Positions 27,159 to 40,426 are shown, counted from the stretch's first letter. The stretch: 64,000 bases of DNA from Eledone cirrhosa (GCA_964016885.1 OZ024741.1:124124001-124188000), one strand, 5' to 3'. Notes: a model not told the origin generated them from the letters alone. Program-made: numbers and translations.

Positions 27159-29292
27159 GAGAACCGGGTGGGAAAATGAAGAACAGATCCCAGAACTTGA
27201 CTGGTACTTCGTTTTTTTTACTACGAGTTGATGTAGATACAGCCAGATTTCACTTTCATTTTGTCAAATGAGGAAATAAAATAATTGTGGAGGAAATTGT
27301 TAAATACATTTGGCATTCACCTCTAAGAACTAACTGGCTGTTTAAACTGAAAGAAGAATGAATACATATTGTGTTGCAAGATCTGGAAGTTTCGAATTAC
27401 AATTCGCTGGGGTGATAGGAAGTCTAACTAGCATTGGTTTAACTCTAACTAGCATTGGTCTAACTCTAGGTCTCTCATTTGACATACATGGCAGTAAGTA
27501 TGATACGTTATTATAAATACAAAGAAGGAAACCGATTGTCAGAGCGGAGAACGGAAGCAGTTTCCATTTTTGTTGTCAATGTTGATTCTATTGCTGATAC
27601 TATCTGCCGGTTTTACCATCTGGCAGAATCATTACCGCCTTCTTCGGTGAAACTGGGTGACTGACATTTGAACTCAGAACGCACAGAGCCGGAAGAGACA
27701 CTGCAAAACAATTCCCTCAATCCATCCAATAACTTGTTCATCTGCTCGATCAATGTATGTATACGATGCGTTGTTATGGATACAAATGGATTCGAATGTC
27801 CCATCGGAATAAGGAATCTATGTGTCAATCGGTCCTTATATTTCTGATACTATCCGCTGTTCCTATATCCTGTATGAAGCGTCACTGTTTACCCTATACC
27901 AATGGATGGCATTTCACATTGAATGCTCAGTGCTGAACATATATCGCCAACTATTCTGTACAAAACTTTAACGATTCTGTCAATCCATCGTTTATTGACT
28001 AATGCTATATTCGTTTGCACGGAAAGGATGAACTTTAAATTTAGTCTCAGTGGCATTTGAACTCAATGCGCAATGAGCTGGAAAAATCCCGAGGCATTCA
28101 TTCAAAATTTCTAACGACTTTTCCAATTCGCACGTTTCAATGAAGTGTCAATGCATAAATGTTGCACGACTTGTTACCATGAACAAGTGGTTCAAACGTG
28201 CATTAGGTAGCAGGCATTATTCTATCTGTTATACTGCCACGAGGCCTAAATCAACAGAATATAAAAGAATATTAGCTGAACGTTTCTGTAGTACATTTAT
28301 TACTTTGTCTTCGCTACATTCAACGCCTTATGTGTATAAAATCTAGCTTTTTAACTGTCATGATCTACAAGCAGGAGAGTTTAAACGAGAATCTAACTCA
28401 TAATTTAAAAGTGTGCTAACATTTCTACGTAAGCGTATTGTTTTAATATGAAGCTCATTATTTCAAACATGAAATCATCTCATAAGTTATATTGTTATAA
28501 CATTGAAAGCCCTAAAGATAGTGTACATAGATATGACATGTATACACGTAAGCATAGCCATGGCTTTCTCAATATAATGTCATATCCATCTATATAATTT
28601 ATTGATGTTAAAAGCATTGCATATGTCGTATAAAGCCGTCCGGGTGTAGGGAACAATTTGTCATAGCTTTATTTAAATTTATGAAGCAATATTCGGTTAG
28701 CAATAGGATATAATTGTAATAAATGTACAGTTTCGAAATACAATTCTCAGGCAATTGTAATGGTACACTTAGATTAATTATCATTGTATGAATTGATATA
28801 ATTACTATCAGCCCAGAGAAATTGATATAATTACTATCAGCCCAGCGAAACAAATATTTTCTTTAAACAGATTAAAATAGGTTGTGGCTATATTACGAAA
28901 TTCGCTTTCCAATCACAAATTTCTGGGTTCTAACACGACATTTGTTTTTATAAATTGTTATTTATCCAAATTAATTCATGCATTTAATCCTAGATATCAT
29001 TGATGTATAAATATTGGATAGCTATGTAATTTTTTCTAGAGATGAATAATTTAATTATATTTACTTGCCTCCATCTGTCAGTAATCAGCATAGATCTATC
29101 CTTGCTGTTATGAAAAACATTACTTTCTCAAAACCAAACAATTCCCAGTACTTGTTCATACATCCTTTGATTCAGCTTTATATAACAAGATTATGGGAGG
29201 TATGTACAATCATACCAAATCTAGTTTCTAAGTTAAATATCTTCAATGCTGTTTCCTCATTATTCCTCATTATACACACTCACACATATACA

Positions 29293-29455
<163 letters not shown>

Positions 29456-29637
29456 ATATATTAATCATTTGTGTCTGTTAGTGTCTATCTATTTATGTTC
29501 TTCCAACCATGAATAGATAAGGGTATACAGAGACTCATTCTATTATATATCTGCATATATACATGTGCATGTAATGTATGCATTTATTCATTAGATCCAC
29601 TTGTGTATAATTATATATATATATATATATATATACA

Positions 29638-29718
<81 letters not shown>

Positions 29719-29739
29719 TTATATATATATATATATACA

Positions 29740-29800
<61 letters not shown>

Positions 29801-29919
29801 TTATATATATATATGTACATATTTATATATATATATACATATTTATATATATATATATACATATTTATATATATATATATACATATTTATATATATATAT
29901 ACATATTTATATATATACA

Positions 29920-29982
<63 letters not shown>

Positions 29983-29989
<7 letters not shown>

Positions 29990-30579
29990 TTAGTTAAACA
30001 AAACAAGACCACAAATTTCACAAGGAAGACATTATTAAAAGATTGTCAACATATTTTAGTTTGATGTAAGGAATGTAGAGAATAATAATATTAATAATAA
30101 TAATGTCCGCTCTGTTTTTAAATATGTTAATTATTTTCAACTGAACCAGATCAATAATGATATATAGTCATCTGATCCAGAAATATTATATGGTACTCCA
30201 TATAATATTTCTGGATCAGATGACTATTGTAAACGGACATTATTATTATTAATATTATTAATATATAAGGTCGGTGGATTGGCAGTATCGGTAGAGGGAC
30301 GGACGCCATACTTTCCAGCATAGTTATGTCCTTTTACGATCTGAGTTCAAATCCCGCCGAGGTTGACTTTGCCTTTCATCCTTACGGGGTCGATAAAATA
30401 AAGTACCAGTAATGCACTAGGTAATTTGCTGGCCTTGTGCCTAAAGTAGAAACAATTATTATTAATATTATTATTATTATTCTCTACATTCCTTACATCA
30501 AACTAAAATATGTTGACACTCTTTTAATAATGTCTTCCTTGTGAAATTTGTGGTCTTGTTTTGCTTAACTAATGAATAT
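29983..30579. repeat. Nested inverted repeats enclosing a SINE
   Basis: Outer arms about 29983-30095 and 30468-30579; inner perfect palindrome 30164-30227; a third pair at about 30086-30109 and 30234-30256. Confidence 0.9.
30269..30460 (+). mobile_element. Full-length tRNA-derived SINE (Meta/MESC-like core)
   Basis: Near-identical to 14167-14353. Confidence 0.9.
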
Positions 30580-30742
30580 TTCCAGCTCTGCGCACCTAAC
30601 TTCTGCATGAACCCAGCCACCTAGCTGCTTTCTACTGCATATTGCACATTGAACACATGCCTTTACGCTTTGGCTTCTAACTAATTCACCAATCTCTCCT
30701 CTCCTATCTCCATCTCTCTCTTTAAGATTGGTTACTCTTGAA

Positions 30743-30795
<53 letters not shown>

Positions 30796-30811
30796 TATAT
30801 ACATATATTTA

Positions 30812-30849
<38 letters not shown>

Positions 30850-30880
30850 ATATTGTAAATATATATAAATATATATATAC

Positions 30881-30915
<35 letters not shown>

Positions 30916-30921
30916 AATATG

Positions 30922-30993
<72 letters not shown>

Positions 30994-31444
30994 TGTATGT
31001 ATACATATATCTATTTATACATACATACATATATATATATTTCTTTAGGCATATTTATAAATACATATTTATATATATATATATATATATATTTATTTAT
31101 ATATATATATGTGTGTGTGTGAGAGAGTGGGAGAGAGAGCAAGAGAGAGAGAGGGGGGACAGACAGACAGTCAGAGAGTTGAGCTAGTTACATAAGTAGA
31201 CTTAACAGTGTAACACATTGCCTTTTATAAAGTAAACATCAGTTTGGCATTGCATTATATAAAGCAAATATTTCACACTCCTATAATAACTATCTGTACC
31301 TCTTAAAAAAATATGTAACATCATACGTTATGGCTTGCTAATAATCATCGTTTGGAAATTACTGTGCAAATTGATATAAATAGATATATAGATAAATTGA
31401 TAGGTAGATATACAGATAGATAAATAACATGATATATATATATA

Positions 31445-31520
<76 letters not shown>

Positions 31521-31671
31521 ATTTAATATAGATAAGATTCTACAGGACTAGAACTGTTATACTCTGCTATGTATTGAGTACCTTACTTACTGTGGTTACT
31601 TCTGATTCAACTTGGAATAACTTACCTTTATATATGTATATATATATATATATATATATGAAATATGAAAT

Positions 31672-32768
31672 ATATGAAATATAAGAATCAAAAAACTGTT
31701 CAAAACATTATTGTGCTTACAGCTGTTTCCTCCAAACCGAGGTTTGGATTCTTCGGAGCAATTTATTAATGCATGGACAGTTATATGACCTCGTCTTCAG
31801 CTGAGAGTCATACCGATACATATTCAAACATTGATACATATTCAAACATTGTGGGTCAACATTCATTACAGAATTTAGAGTGGCAGTACACACTTCGAGA
31901 TTACATTTATATTAAGAGGTACAATCAAAAATCAAAAATACAGGTTAAAATACAACAAGAAGATAAGCGGTTATATAGTGTAAATGTTATATGTGTGGCA
32001 CGCATGTGCGTCTTGTTTATATAGTGTGGCAGAGAGATATGTGTGGTAGAGGCACTTAGGTAGGTAAACAAGAGTGTTAGGTTGGTAGATCTGGTGGCAA
32101 ATTCTTTATATGATTGATATAGTCTGTGTGTGGAGAAATATTATAAGCATTAAAAATAGTGCAAGCATTAAAAGTGTTAAAAGTATTGGAGATGCACAGC
32201 GAAGGGATGTCAAGTATTTCATGTACTTCGGCATTTTCATGGTCAGGGGAGTGTATTTTTCGATTATATGCCCTTCACATAATCCACGACAATCCAGTTA
32301 GAGATCGTAGTCTGGTGTTCTTTAGTTCAATACAGGAGGCTGTTACGTTTCGAGAAACGCCATTGAATACCACCCGGAAGTGTGTGTGTGGCTAAGGGGA
32401 GTTAATGCATGCGGGGAGGTAACTCTGGGGTTTCTATACCTAGCTATTAAAATGTGTCCCAATATAGACCCTAATTTCTATGGTGGTGCGCATCCTCCAA
32501 GAGAAATATTTAAAGCATAAAGTGTATTAACTATAGAGTAGTTTAATTAAGTTATGCTGAAGGTGATCATATTATTATGGTGGATTAACCCATCGTAAGG
32601 TGCCACAAATGGAAATTATAGATGATGAGCGAGGGTTCTAAATTAAAGATCTCTGTGGTTGTAGTCTACTCATAGGACCAGGCGCGGTGATTGCAGGATT
32701 GCTTCAGGACCCAATGATCTCTGGTAAGATCTGGGTCATCGCTTTCTTTGATTCTTATATTTCATATA
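31672..32768 (-). mobile_element. Degenerate PLE 3' end (GIY-YIG remnant plus pseudo-LTR) with short inverted termini
   Basis: Minus-strand CGLCEGHII..KCR-like remnant at about 32200-32300; hammerhead at 31714-31760; tatatgaaatataagaatcaaa (31672) is inverted at about 32746-32767. Confidence 0.6.
31714..31760 (-). ncRNA. Minimal type-I hammerhead ribozyme (U4C variant)
   Basis: TGCT CCGAAGA a TCCAAAC-ctcg-GTTTGGA g GAAA CAGCTG TA AGCA. All three stems can form. Confidence 0.72.
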
Positions 32769-32936
32769 ACTGCTCTGTAAATCATCTGATGTTTTTACAT
32801 TGAGCTACTTAACTTACTGGTAATAAGGTAGTAATACATTACTGCCTACCACTATTTAGGCTGTGTGTAAAATACTTATAACTGCATAAGGTTTTGTATC
32901 TACATAACCATAAATAGTATAACTAATACTAACTAA

Positions 32937-32990
<54 letters not shown>

Positions 32991-33047
32991 CGTTTCTGAA
33001 GAATTTGTTTAGCAATATTCTTCATCTGAAAATGGGTGTTGAAACTG

Positions 33048-33989
33048 ATATTGTTATCCTCTGGGAGGGTGGTGTTGCCAATAAGGAACACACGCACCAG
33101 TGTGTCACTCCAATTTATTATAAATTAAAAATTTAAAAAAAAAATTTATTTTATAAATTTCCGATTCGTTGGTTGGTTCCACAACCGGACGGTTGTTCAT
33201 ATATTGTCAAATTTCTTTCGTCACACATTCTATGACCTCTTCAGTGACTGGGGATTCTTTTCTTTGTGGTGTGCCTCTCCTTTGTTCTGTCCTACGCCAT
33301 CTTGTTTTTGTGTGTGTTGTGTGCTTAGTTTGCGCATGTGTTACATCCGGGTGTCTGTGTGTGTTTTTATTTGTTTATTTATTTGTTTATTTACATTTTA
33401 CTGGTTGGTGGTTTGTTCTATGTGTGTGTGTTTTCATTTTGTCCTTAATTGTAAGTTGTAATGTTGCTATTCCATTCATGTTTTCTATTGAATTTTGGTT
33501 GGAGTTCATTTATGTTTATTGCCTCTGTGATTTGTCTAAACATTGTGTCTTTTCTGTGTGTAGATTTTATTTTTATTTCTATGTTCTCTACTTTGCCCTT
33601 ATGTTCTATTTTAGCATGTTGGTTGAGTACTGATGATTATTTTCTATCTTGAAGCTCTCGCCAATGTTCATTTAACCGTTCTCCTATACTACGAGCTGTG
33701 TCACCTTTGTAAACTATATTCTTATCTTTACATTGTCCTTCAGTACATCTTATGCTATACACTATGTTTCTAGTTTTACAGTTAATATGGGGGCCAGTCA
33801 CCTAAGAGGTCACATAATGTGTGACGAAAGAACTTTGACAATATATGAACAAACGTCCGGTTGTGGAACCAACCAACCAACCGAAAATTTATTAAAAAAT
33901 TGTTTTTTTTAATTTTTAATTTATAATAAATTGAAGTGAAACATCTGGTGCGTGTGTTTCTTATTCGCAACATGACCCTCCCAAAGTAT

Positions 33990-33997
<8 letters not shown>
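33048..33997. mobile_element. Divergent inverted pseudo-LTR pair (about 200-bp arms), each arm with a hammerhead motif
   Basis: Arms 33048-33250 and 33794-33997. Hammerhead motifs at 33206-33248 (-, CTGAAGA) and 33797-33839 (+, core degenerate CCTAAGA). Confidence 0.75.
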
Positions 33998-34038
<41 letters not shown>

Positions 34039-34096
34039 TAAAATAATTAAGTCAAATAAGTAAAATTTGACTTCGTTTATTATAAATTATAGATAT

Positions 34097-34151
34097 ACTG
34101 CTATATATATTTCGATGACAGCCAACATTAGCTGTGACGTCTTCAGGCAGT
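34097..34151 (-). ncRNA. Minimal type-I hammerhead ribozyme (mirror copy)
   Basis: Exact reverse complement of 34266-34320. Confidence 0.75.
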
Positions 34152-34265
34152 CCGAATTGGTGTGGTAGAGACAGGTACACATGTTGTTTAAGTGTGTTTT
34201 ACGGAGTATTGGCGGAGTAAAACACACTTAAACAACATGTACCTGTCTCTACCACACCAATTCGG

Positions 34266-34320
34266 ACTGCCTGAAGACGTCACAGCTAATGTTGGCTGTC
34301 ATCGAAATATATATAGCAGT
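34266..34320 (+). ncRNA. Minimal type-I hammerhead ribozyme
   Basis: ACTGC CTGAAGA [cgtc-acagctaa-tg-ttggctgt-catc] GAAA TATATA TA GCAGT. Canonical core and 5-bp stem I. Confidence 0.78.
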
Positions 34321-34480
34321 ATATCTATAATTTATAATAAACGAAGTCAAATTTTACCTATTTGACTTAATTATTTTACATTACTCCGGAGTAAATAAAC
34401 CAACCTGCGTACTTCGTCGAGTGCTCCAATATGCATACTGAGGTGTCGGTAAACAACCAACATATACTGAAAATATATAT

Positions 34481-34546
<66 letters not shown>

Positions 34547-35828
34547 GGATGTGAATTGGTGAAGGCACGTGTCCCAGAGGTTGATTATCAGTTCTATTTA
34601 CAGTGGTACACTTTGTTCTTTATCCAGAGATTATATTCACGTTGCTCCTATCCACCGAGAGGTGAACAACAATGTTCTATATGTAATACAGATGATCAAC
34701 CTCGTCTAAATGACTCAACATATTACAGACACATGTTAACACATGATAACTTAAAGCAATTCTATGAGAACTTCAGCATTAAGCTGAATCTCTCACCGAA
34801 TTACATTAAGTTAACATGTTTTAGCAGAATGTTCAGTCATTTAGACGTTGGTTTCCGTTGTTCGAACAACTGAAACGCTTGTTGAAACTGATGGTGATTC
34901 TAAAGACACACTCACGCACACAAGACAGTGAGATTATGAAATGTATTGTGCAATACTGAGCTTCCTGGTTCGATCCCACTACAACAGCATTAACATCAAC
35001 ATCATAAACAAAGCCAGCGCCACTCCCATTATCATTATGTTTTTTTAACTCTAGATTGTTTTAATTAGTGATCTTTGATCGTGATATTGGAAGGATGTCA
35101 CTACTGGCCTATAGTTCAGTTATTGTAGTATTGTGATGGTGGTGGTGGTGGTGGTTGTTTAGGGTGCGTTTGTGATGATGGTGTGGGTGGTGTGGGTGGT
35201 GATGCTGCTGGTAGTAGAGATCTTGGTGGTGAGGATAATAATGATATTGACGTACCTTTTTGAAGAATTGATGTAAGTATTGGTAACGATGGCAGAGTTG
35301 TGGTGGTGATTCGGCTTGGAATAATGGTGATAGGGATGAAAATTGTTGTGCTGGGTGTGGTAATAGTGATGTTGATGGTGTTGGCTGCGGTTGGGGTGGT
35401 GTTGGTAATAAAGTTTGTGGTGATAGTGATGGTAGTGAGTGTATTGAGAGAGAGTATACTTTAAATTACCAAATACTCTATAGTGTGTTGTCTATTAATT
35501 GTCCGATTATTGCATCATGTGTGAGAAATAAACAACATTCGTATGTTGAATACATTGAAGGTCTGTATCATTATTAATGACCCATTAACGTTCAATGATA
35601 ACTTGACTGTCAAATGCTTTTCTACGTAGGCGTAAATATATATATGTATACATTATGGGTTTGTAAGCATGTAGTTGTGAATGTGCGTATATTTATACAC
35701 ACACACACGTACATACACACACATATATATATATATATTATAGTTAAAACAGAAAACAAAAACAAAAACAAAGCGAAGAGGCAGTAAAAAGTGCAGTAGA
35801 CGCTTGAGAGTGGGGTGGGGTGGGGGAC

Positions 35829-35873
<45 letters not shown>

Positions 35874-36877
35874 TATAACGACCTTGTATATGAAGTATAT
35901 ACGATATGTTCAATTAAAATAAGAACCTCTCTCTGAATTGAATATGTGATTATGATCGCAGTTATCACGGTATCCGTGGAGAATAATAGACACATGATTC
36001 TGGATTTTTATCTGTCATCGAGGACATTTACCAAATTGGTACTGAGATAAGTATAATGAGATGCTTATTTCCATTTAGTGCAAACTTAACAGTGTATGAT
36101 TTTGCAACAGTAGCAATAACATCGTTGACTGAATACACACGTGCTTTTTCTAAAAAAAAAGCTTCTTCCGTTCCTTTCTCTTCTAACTTTTTATCTTTCA
36201 ATTTCATCTTATATTACTCATTCTATCTGCCGATGAAGAGCTAGTGTCCGAAACGGTAGGACTCTTTTTCTATTAATATACCTGTTCAGGTAATCAAAGT
36301 ATTTTTTTTTTTTTTTTTCGGTGGGGAATCGTATATATATATATATACTTTTTCCCCAGCAACTGAATAATAATAAACGAATGCATCATATCCAACCCAA
36401 TCAACAACAACCGCAAACATGTTATGCAACAGATAACAACGATTACAACATCTCATTTATATCCACGAGAAAAATTTAAACCAAATCAAATGCAAACATC
36501 TCGAAGAGCGACAATAATATAATGTAATCCAACCCATTATAATTATTCTAAGATGACTAATTTTGGTAGAGCACAGTCACTCTTAATATTGGTTCTGACT
36601 ACCCAGAAAGTTTAGTACCATATAAAATGCAAGATACATAATGATAATTACCATCATTCTGGAAGCCTGCATCGATGCATTTCAAAACGAATTAGCTATC
36701 AAAAATAAACAAAATTATACTAAAATGAACAAACCTAAACTAATTATATCAAAAAGCTAGTAAAATATAATTCAGAATATATAAGCAGATTTAGAACCTG
36801 TTCTAACACCAATATAACAAAGACAACCGTGCAACAATCGAGGAGACACTGTTAATACATATGTATATATATATATA

Positions 36878-37803
36878 TTACTTTTGAGCTGACGTTTGGG
36901 AAGCTCCCATACAGCTCTAAGTTTTTCATCCTCAGTGTATAGTGATTAATGTTCAGACCCATCCTCAGCATTCTCCTGTAGCACACATCCCCCATCTGAG
37001 TGAGTTTCTTGGTCAGTGTCCAAGTTTCAGACCCATACAGCAGAACAGACTCCACTACAGCAATGAAGAGGCGGACCTTCAGTTCTTTACGAAGGTCCGA
37101 CTTCCACACCGATCTCAAGTTGTGTCACGCCGCCGAGGCATTGTTCTTCCTCTCAATCACATCATCTTCCGTATTCCCAATCTTTGCTCCCAAATACAGG
37201 AAGTCCTCAACCAATTCTAGTGGCTTCCCGCCTACATTAGTGATCCCCTCTGGCTTCTCATCATTCTCGACCAGATATTTTGTTTTGGTCTCGTTTATTC
37301 TCAGCCCAACACTAATCGACAGTCTCAACCTCCTGCATCAAATCCTCTACCTCCTTCACTGTATTTGTCACCAAAACTATGTCGTCGGCAAATTCAGCAT
37401 CGGATATCTTTTTCGCCTTAACTCTCCTGCTCTGAGCTGGTGCTACACTAAAGCCAGAGTCCTGCTGTTTCTCCAGTGCAAGGCGCATACAATAGTCCAC
37501 TACGATGATAAAAAGGTAGGGAGTCAATGTAGCTCCCTGGAGCACTCCAGCCAGTATATCAAAGAGGAGACTGAGGTTAGGTGGACATGCTCACCGACAT
37601 CCAGAGTTGACATTGCACTCAGTGCTCCTGTGGGAGCCCCTACATGGACACACTGGAAGAAGAAGACCAAGGTTAACGTATGTTGATGCCCCAAGGACAG
37701 ACACTGGTCTGTTGGAGACGCAGAACATGGCAGCGATAATGAGAGACAGAGACCGCTGGAGAGAACTCGTCCATGGATCTCGGGAATTTTACCCGCCCTA
37801 GAA
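36878..37803. mobile_element. RTE-clade LINE fragment with a 5' inversion
   Basis: Minus strand 37560 to 36880: FDILAGVLQG..PYLFIIVVDY, EFADD, GLRINETKT, FLYLG, VESVLLYGSETWTL. Plus strand 37560-37801: KRRLRLGGH..LLWEPLHG..RPRLTYVD. (TA)n on both flanks. Confidence 0.88.
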
Positions 37804-37810
37804 CATATAT

Positions 37811-37865
<55 letters not shown>

Positions 37866-37871
<6 letters not shown>

Positions 37872-39307
37872 TAAATTATCGAGAATCGCATTTCGGCCCA
37901 CGAAATAACGAAAAACAACCTCCGAGATGTGTCGCAAGTGCTCAATGATTCAGATGAACCAGAGCTATAACAAACGTTAAAGGCCAAACACACTGAGACG
38001 ATGGTTAAACAATCATTCGCATAGCCAAAAAAACGATCAAGTAATTCGGGTCAAACAAATAAAAAATATCTGTGATTGAAAATTTACCTGGACCCCTGGA
38101 AGGTTGGTAAAATCCAGCATATGGGTTTCTTCGGCTCCTAAATCAATTACTGTCCGCTTACATAAATAATGTTAGGCTTCTGGTAAGATGATTGAACAAG
38201 GAAGCCACTTTCTCAACAGGCTTTAGTTCAATGTTAATACAAGGACTGACTATTGTTGACCCCACGTGGGGATCGACAAGGGAGGCAACCCCTATATCAG
38301 GCGAATGAATTCAGTTGTGTATGTTATTGCAAGAATGCAAAAACATCACAAATCGAATAGAGTTCTCAACAGAAGGGTTAAAATTAACATAAGCTATCCA
38401 TCAGTCAATAGAATCAACTAAAAAAATCAAGAAAATTAACTGGTCAATAGCTAGAGTCTGGAGAATAATATAAATATAAATTATCGAGAATCGCATTTCG
38501 GCCCACGAAATATCGAAAAACAACCTCCGAGATGTGTGACAAGTGCTCAATGATTCAGATGAACCAGAGCTATAACAAACGTTAAAGGCCAAACACACTG
38601 AGACGATGGTTAAACAATCATTCGCATAGACAAATAAACGATCAAGTAATTCGGGTCAAACAAATAAAAAATATCTTGTGATTGAAAATTTTCGCCGGAA
38701 CCCTGGAAGGTTGGTAAAAATCAAGCATTTGTGTTTCTGCGGCTCCTAAATCAATTACTGTCCGCTTACATAAATAATGTTAGGCTTCTGGTAAGATGAT
38801 TGAACAAGGAAGCCACTTTCTCAACAGGTTTTAGTTCAATATTAATACAAGGACTGACTATTGCTGACCCCACGTGGGGATCGGCAAGAGAGGCAACCCT
38901 TATATCAGGCGAATGAATTCAGTTGTGTATGTTATTGCAAGAATGCAAAAACATCACAAATCGAATAGAGTTCTGAACAGAAGGGGTAAAATTTACATAA
39001 GCTATTCATCAGTCAATAGAATCAACTAAAAAATCAAGAAAATTAATTGGTCAATAGCTAGAGTCTGGAGAATAATACAAATATAAATTATCGAGTATCC
39101 CATTTCGGCCCACGAAATAACGAAAAACAACCTGCGAGATGTGTGGCAAGTGCTCAATGATTCAGATGAACCCGAGCTATAACAAACGTTAAAGGCAAAA
39201 CACACTGAGATGATGGTTAAACAATCATTCCCATAGCCAAAAAAACGATCAAGTAATTCGGGTCAAACGAATAAAAATATCTGTGATTGAAAATTTACCC
39301 GGACTCC
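37866..39307. repeat. About 606-bp tandem repeat, about 2.4 units, between (TA)n tracts
   Basis: ttatcgag anchor at 37876, 38481 and 39088 (periods 605 and 607). Confidence 0.93.
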
Positions 39308-39442
39308 TATATATATATATATATATATTAATAAAAGGAATTGCAACTCTGTTTGATTTACTCGTTTTATTTACAATGCTTTAAAATTATAATCATATTA
39401 TAATGAAATAGTATGGTAGAATATTAAATGTTAAGTGTTAAT

Positions 39443-39481
39443 TGAACAAGTACTTTCATGCTTTTGCAATCTTCAGGTTCA
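39443..39481 (-). ncRNA. Minimal type-I hammerhead ribozyme
   Basis: TGAAC CTGAAGA t TGC-aaaa-GCA t GAAA GTAC TT GTTCA. Canonical core, 5-bp stem I, palindromic AGTACT. Confidence 0.75.
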
Positions 39482-39644
39482 TATTCTGTGGTCACAGTCA
39501 AGTTTGCAATTTTCAACTGACAACACGGAAAATATATTTTAGGGTCTGTTTTTCTTTTTTTTCCTTTCTTTGATTCGTCAAAATGGCATTATTGAAAAAT
39601 GAGTAAAACAATTATTTAAAAACGCGTTTCATAATGTATATAAA

Positions 39645-39688
39645 GTATTACCGGTTTCGATGTATTATAAATTCATCTTATCAAATGC
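39645..39688 (-). ncRNA. Minimal hammerhead ribozyme (U3-A8 variant)
   Basis: gcat TTGATAA GATG-(11 nt)-CATC GAAA CCGG TA atac. Confidence 0.68.
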
Positions 39689-39916
39689 TGAGTATTAAAA
39701 AGAATTAATGAGAATTAAAACCTAAAATTAAAGATTTAAAATTAAGAGGTAAGTTTTTTCATCTTCCTCGTTAAGAAGGAGACTGGAGAATGAACTCATG
39801 TGTATATATAGAGAGAGAGGTGTAGTCATTAAGTAACAGCAGCAGTGGTGGTAGATGTGTTCTTCACAATTTTGTTCTGTGAAGAAACACACTACAGACA
39901 ATGGCACCCACCACCC

Positions 39917-40426
39917 TATATCGAATATTAATAATTATTTCTACTTTTGGCAGCAATTTTCGCCAGCAATTAACCAGTACATTACTGGTACTTTATTTTA
40001 TCGAACCCGTAAGGATGAAAGGCAAAGTTGATCTCGGCGGGATTTGAACTCAGAATGGAAAGGGCTGTAACTCTCTACGTCAACTCTATTCGATTAATAT
40101 CGAATATTAATAATAATATTCGATTCGTTTGTAAACAAACGTCCCGATTAAATCTGTGCCGTGCCGATGACAAATCGTCATCCTTTTGTCCAACACAATC
40201 ACTGTGGAACAATCAATATGTTTTTGTGTCATTACCTTTTATCAGGACTGACAATCTGTATTTTCTTAGTAGACATTGGCTGAGTAGCCTCATTTGCATA
40301 CCGAAAGAGTTACGGCTGACCGTGCCGAAAACTAACATTAAGGATGACGATTTGTCATCGGCAAGGCATGGCCTTAATCGGGCCGTTTGTTTACAAACGA
40401 ATTGAATGTTATTAATATTCGATATA
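39917..40426. mobile_element. MITE-like element (about 90-bp imperfect TIRs) with a SINE fragment inserted in its left end
   Basis: TIR pair about 40097-40185 and 40339-40426. Minus-strand SINE at 39936-40075 is flanked by an 18-bp direct repeat atatcgaatattaataat (39918, 40097). Confidence 0.75.

Larger units (their letters stand above)
34039..34378. repeat. Near-perfect fold-back (about 163-bp arms, 14-bp spacer) of a hammerhead-bearing pseudo-LTR
   Basis: Arms 34039-34202 and 34217-34378 differ only by a 2-bp indel and one substitution as read by eye. Confidence 0.92.

Noticed and set aside
29096-29199. Possible plus-strand exon ending GAG|GTATGT
   Set aside because: The acceptor is weak, two frames are equally open, and no homology was recognised.
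38240-38315. HDV-like ribozyme (ccccacgtgggg..ggcgaatg) in the 606-bp repeat
   Set aside because: The pairings form a simple hairpin, and the P1/P2 pseudoknot could not be built.
38960-39015. CTGATGA on the minus strand of the 606-bp repeat
   Set aside because: It is followed by GATT instead of GAAA, and the other copy reads CTGATGG.
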